A stretch of DNA of 64,000 nt. Source: Eledone cirrhosa. Lineage: Eukaryota. The notes beneath the pieces were generated by a model, which searched no databases, was not told the DNA's origin, and saw only the letters and a list, made by a program, of their open reading frames with translations. The stretch spans positions 267,220,001 through 267,284,000 of the forward strand of contig OZ024742.1 in NCBI GenBank assembly GCA_964016885.1, given 5' to 3'. The number at the start of each line of letters is the position of its first letter. Position 1 is the first letter of the stretch. Position numbers and translations under genes: made by a program. Below are positions 63,701 to 64,000 of the stretch, piece by piece.

Positions 63701-64000
63701 CCCGTTCGAGAAAGGCTCTACAGACACGGGCGCCCGGGTAGGGACCCCGCCAAAAAGATCTGTCCCAGATGCGTGTGCGACGAGGAAACCGTTGCACACG
63801 CATTGGTACACTGCTCGGGCGTAGCCGATCTGTGGGGCTATGTCGAACAACTGCTGTCAAGGGTGGGACCGATCCGGTTGACCACCGAGTCTATTGTAAT
63901 GATCAAGCCGCCTCCCCCCTTCAAAGATGAAGCAGAGGCGGTGTTTCTGTGCGTAATAGCCATGGCGAAAGAGGTTGTATGGTGGACGCGTCTGAAAGGA
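60740..64000 (+). CDS. LINE ORF2: APE endonuclease + reverse transcriptase + zinc finger (3'-incomplete, absent from the ORF track)
   Basis: MAMLRVGCLNARGL..., ICEAR, LVAAYGP, VGDWN, TW, SYLDR, SDH (APE motifs), in frame with the RT (YADD at ~62795). Confidence 0.93.
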   Translation, partial: MAMLRVGCLNARGLGSTWKQAMLLNDLRSQRIDVMVICEARISNVRQLAPAFDDFEMHASLCQPGGGGGVVVLLQKHLGLATQMVHLDPEGLLVVLDLGSGKGGAFRLVAAYGPFGSMRPDFFHRLETFLGTSRSLLLVGDWNGILDARWDYVGACPDREGCNSLKGLIGRFDLADRYRLDFPTAPTWTWANRSGSSRSYLDRFLVRIKDKDFLSCPKMRMVGYSDHKLVTCMVNLDRTHRQGPGYWKLNLSLPASRAYRNRISTLVKERLTGAIVNSRWWVSLKREIRVVSIEFSKVLAADRNRKERELIDRVEEAIRSGDVARVLASRTALSQFFDAKHEGCVVRSKIRALGNEGAKAVSWARVTEANSGTKSTIRSLRDLDGRAILEPKQMCEAFQRHFARLFGRGGEPVGNVDFGPYLDGLPRLSDREAKSCEEPISAAEIEDVLSQCGKRKSPGLDGLPYELYLAMPDLFPDLLEAVYCNWQQNGRIPCTVTKGVVTLVRKDENKGDEISNFRPITLLNTELQILAKVLAKRLALVVGNLVGDAQTCAIPSRSIHDNLHLMRYIIERVGNEPGFGGALINLDQSKAFDRVDHGYLDAVLAAAGFGPVFRGWITAMHSSRICSRVKVNGYLSEPFKIARSIRQGCPLSSLLYVLTLEPLLRKLELLQGIPLEPGLRKAVSAYADDVTVMVSTASEIEAVGTLLEEYEKFTGAKLNRDKSIGLQLGTWRGRPMPSDGVVGRWTEGPVKLLGVWFGPDLQVEKNWAEVTNRVFALTQKWASCKLSLKGRAEVANTYIASVIYYRLTVVPCPRETLTKMERALFQFLWKRRAPMVRRSICCQHPSKGGLGMPWLMMRKHALRLRHLYVFLTGQPVWASFVRRTFPRLVSLTELQSWVKQRPRKLGAWHTECAQALTALWQADPVISGDSTATFYRGLVRSRCDDALGEALDMEEDELASLFGRTFSPGPMDNFQKSLAWQCYRGALPVRERLYRHGRPGRDPAKKICPRCVCDEETVAHALVHCSGVADLWGYVEQLLSRVGPIRLTTESIVMIKPPPPFKDEAEAVFLCVIAMAKEVVWWTRLKG

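Larger units (their letters stand above)
58715..64000 (+). mobile_element. Tx1-clade LINE copy C, apparently full-length and intact; 3' end lies beyond the window
   Basis: 5'UTR 58715-58927 directly after (TATC)n, then ORF1, a 24-nt spacer and an open ORF2. Confidence 0.93.

Noticed and set aside
56292-63860. Short overlapping and antisense ORFs within the Tx1 ORF2 copies
   Set aside because: By-products of GC-rich coding sequence, duplicated simply because the element is duplicated.
55371-64000. LTR retrotransposon or assembly-duplication interpretation of the direct repeats
   Set aside because: The APE-RT architecture is non-LTR; the repeats are nested 3' ends with different 5' truncations and carry synonymous-biased differences.

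Overview
Eukaryotic, AT-rich, repeat-dominated window with no convincing host gene. The SINE family, the microsatellite load and the transposon spectrum suggest an octopus/cephalopod intergenic or intronic region (inference). The only intact coding sequence is a young Tx1/L1-clade non-LTR retrotransposon. It forms a head-to-tail array of three ~99% identical copies (two 5'-truncated, one apparently full-length running off the window end), each bounded by (TATC)n, so it is a candidate GATA-microsatellite-targeting retrotransposon. Older minus-strand relatives sit in (TA)n and (TTA)n instead. A second microsatellite-linked cluster at 22.8-27.3 kb has a ~610 bp non-autonomous RTE-type bipartite element repeatedly inserted in (TATG)n, with an R4/Dong-type restriction-like-endonuclease fragment nested in the same repeat. 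Also present: Penelope-like elements (including a Naiad-type copy), several minimal hammerhead ribozyme motifs (one pair with a compensatory stem change inside a chain of hairpins), a CRE-clade fragment, two decayed mariners, a Helitron-like non-autonomous element, many tRNA-derived SINEs and five long near-perfect palindromes. Nearly all other ORFs in the track are microsatellite or antisense artefacts. All alignments and folds were done by eye.
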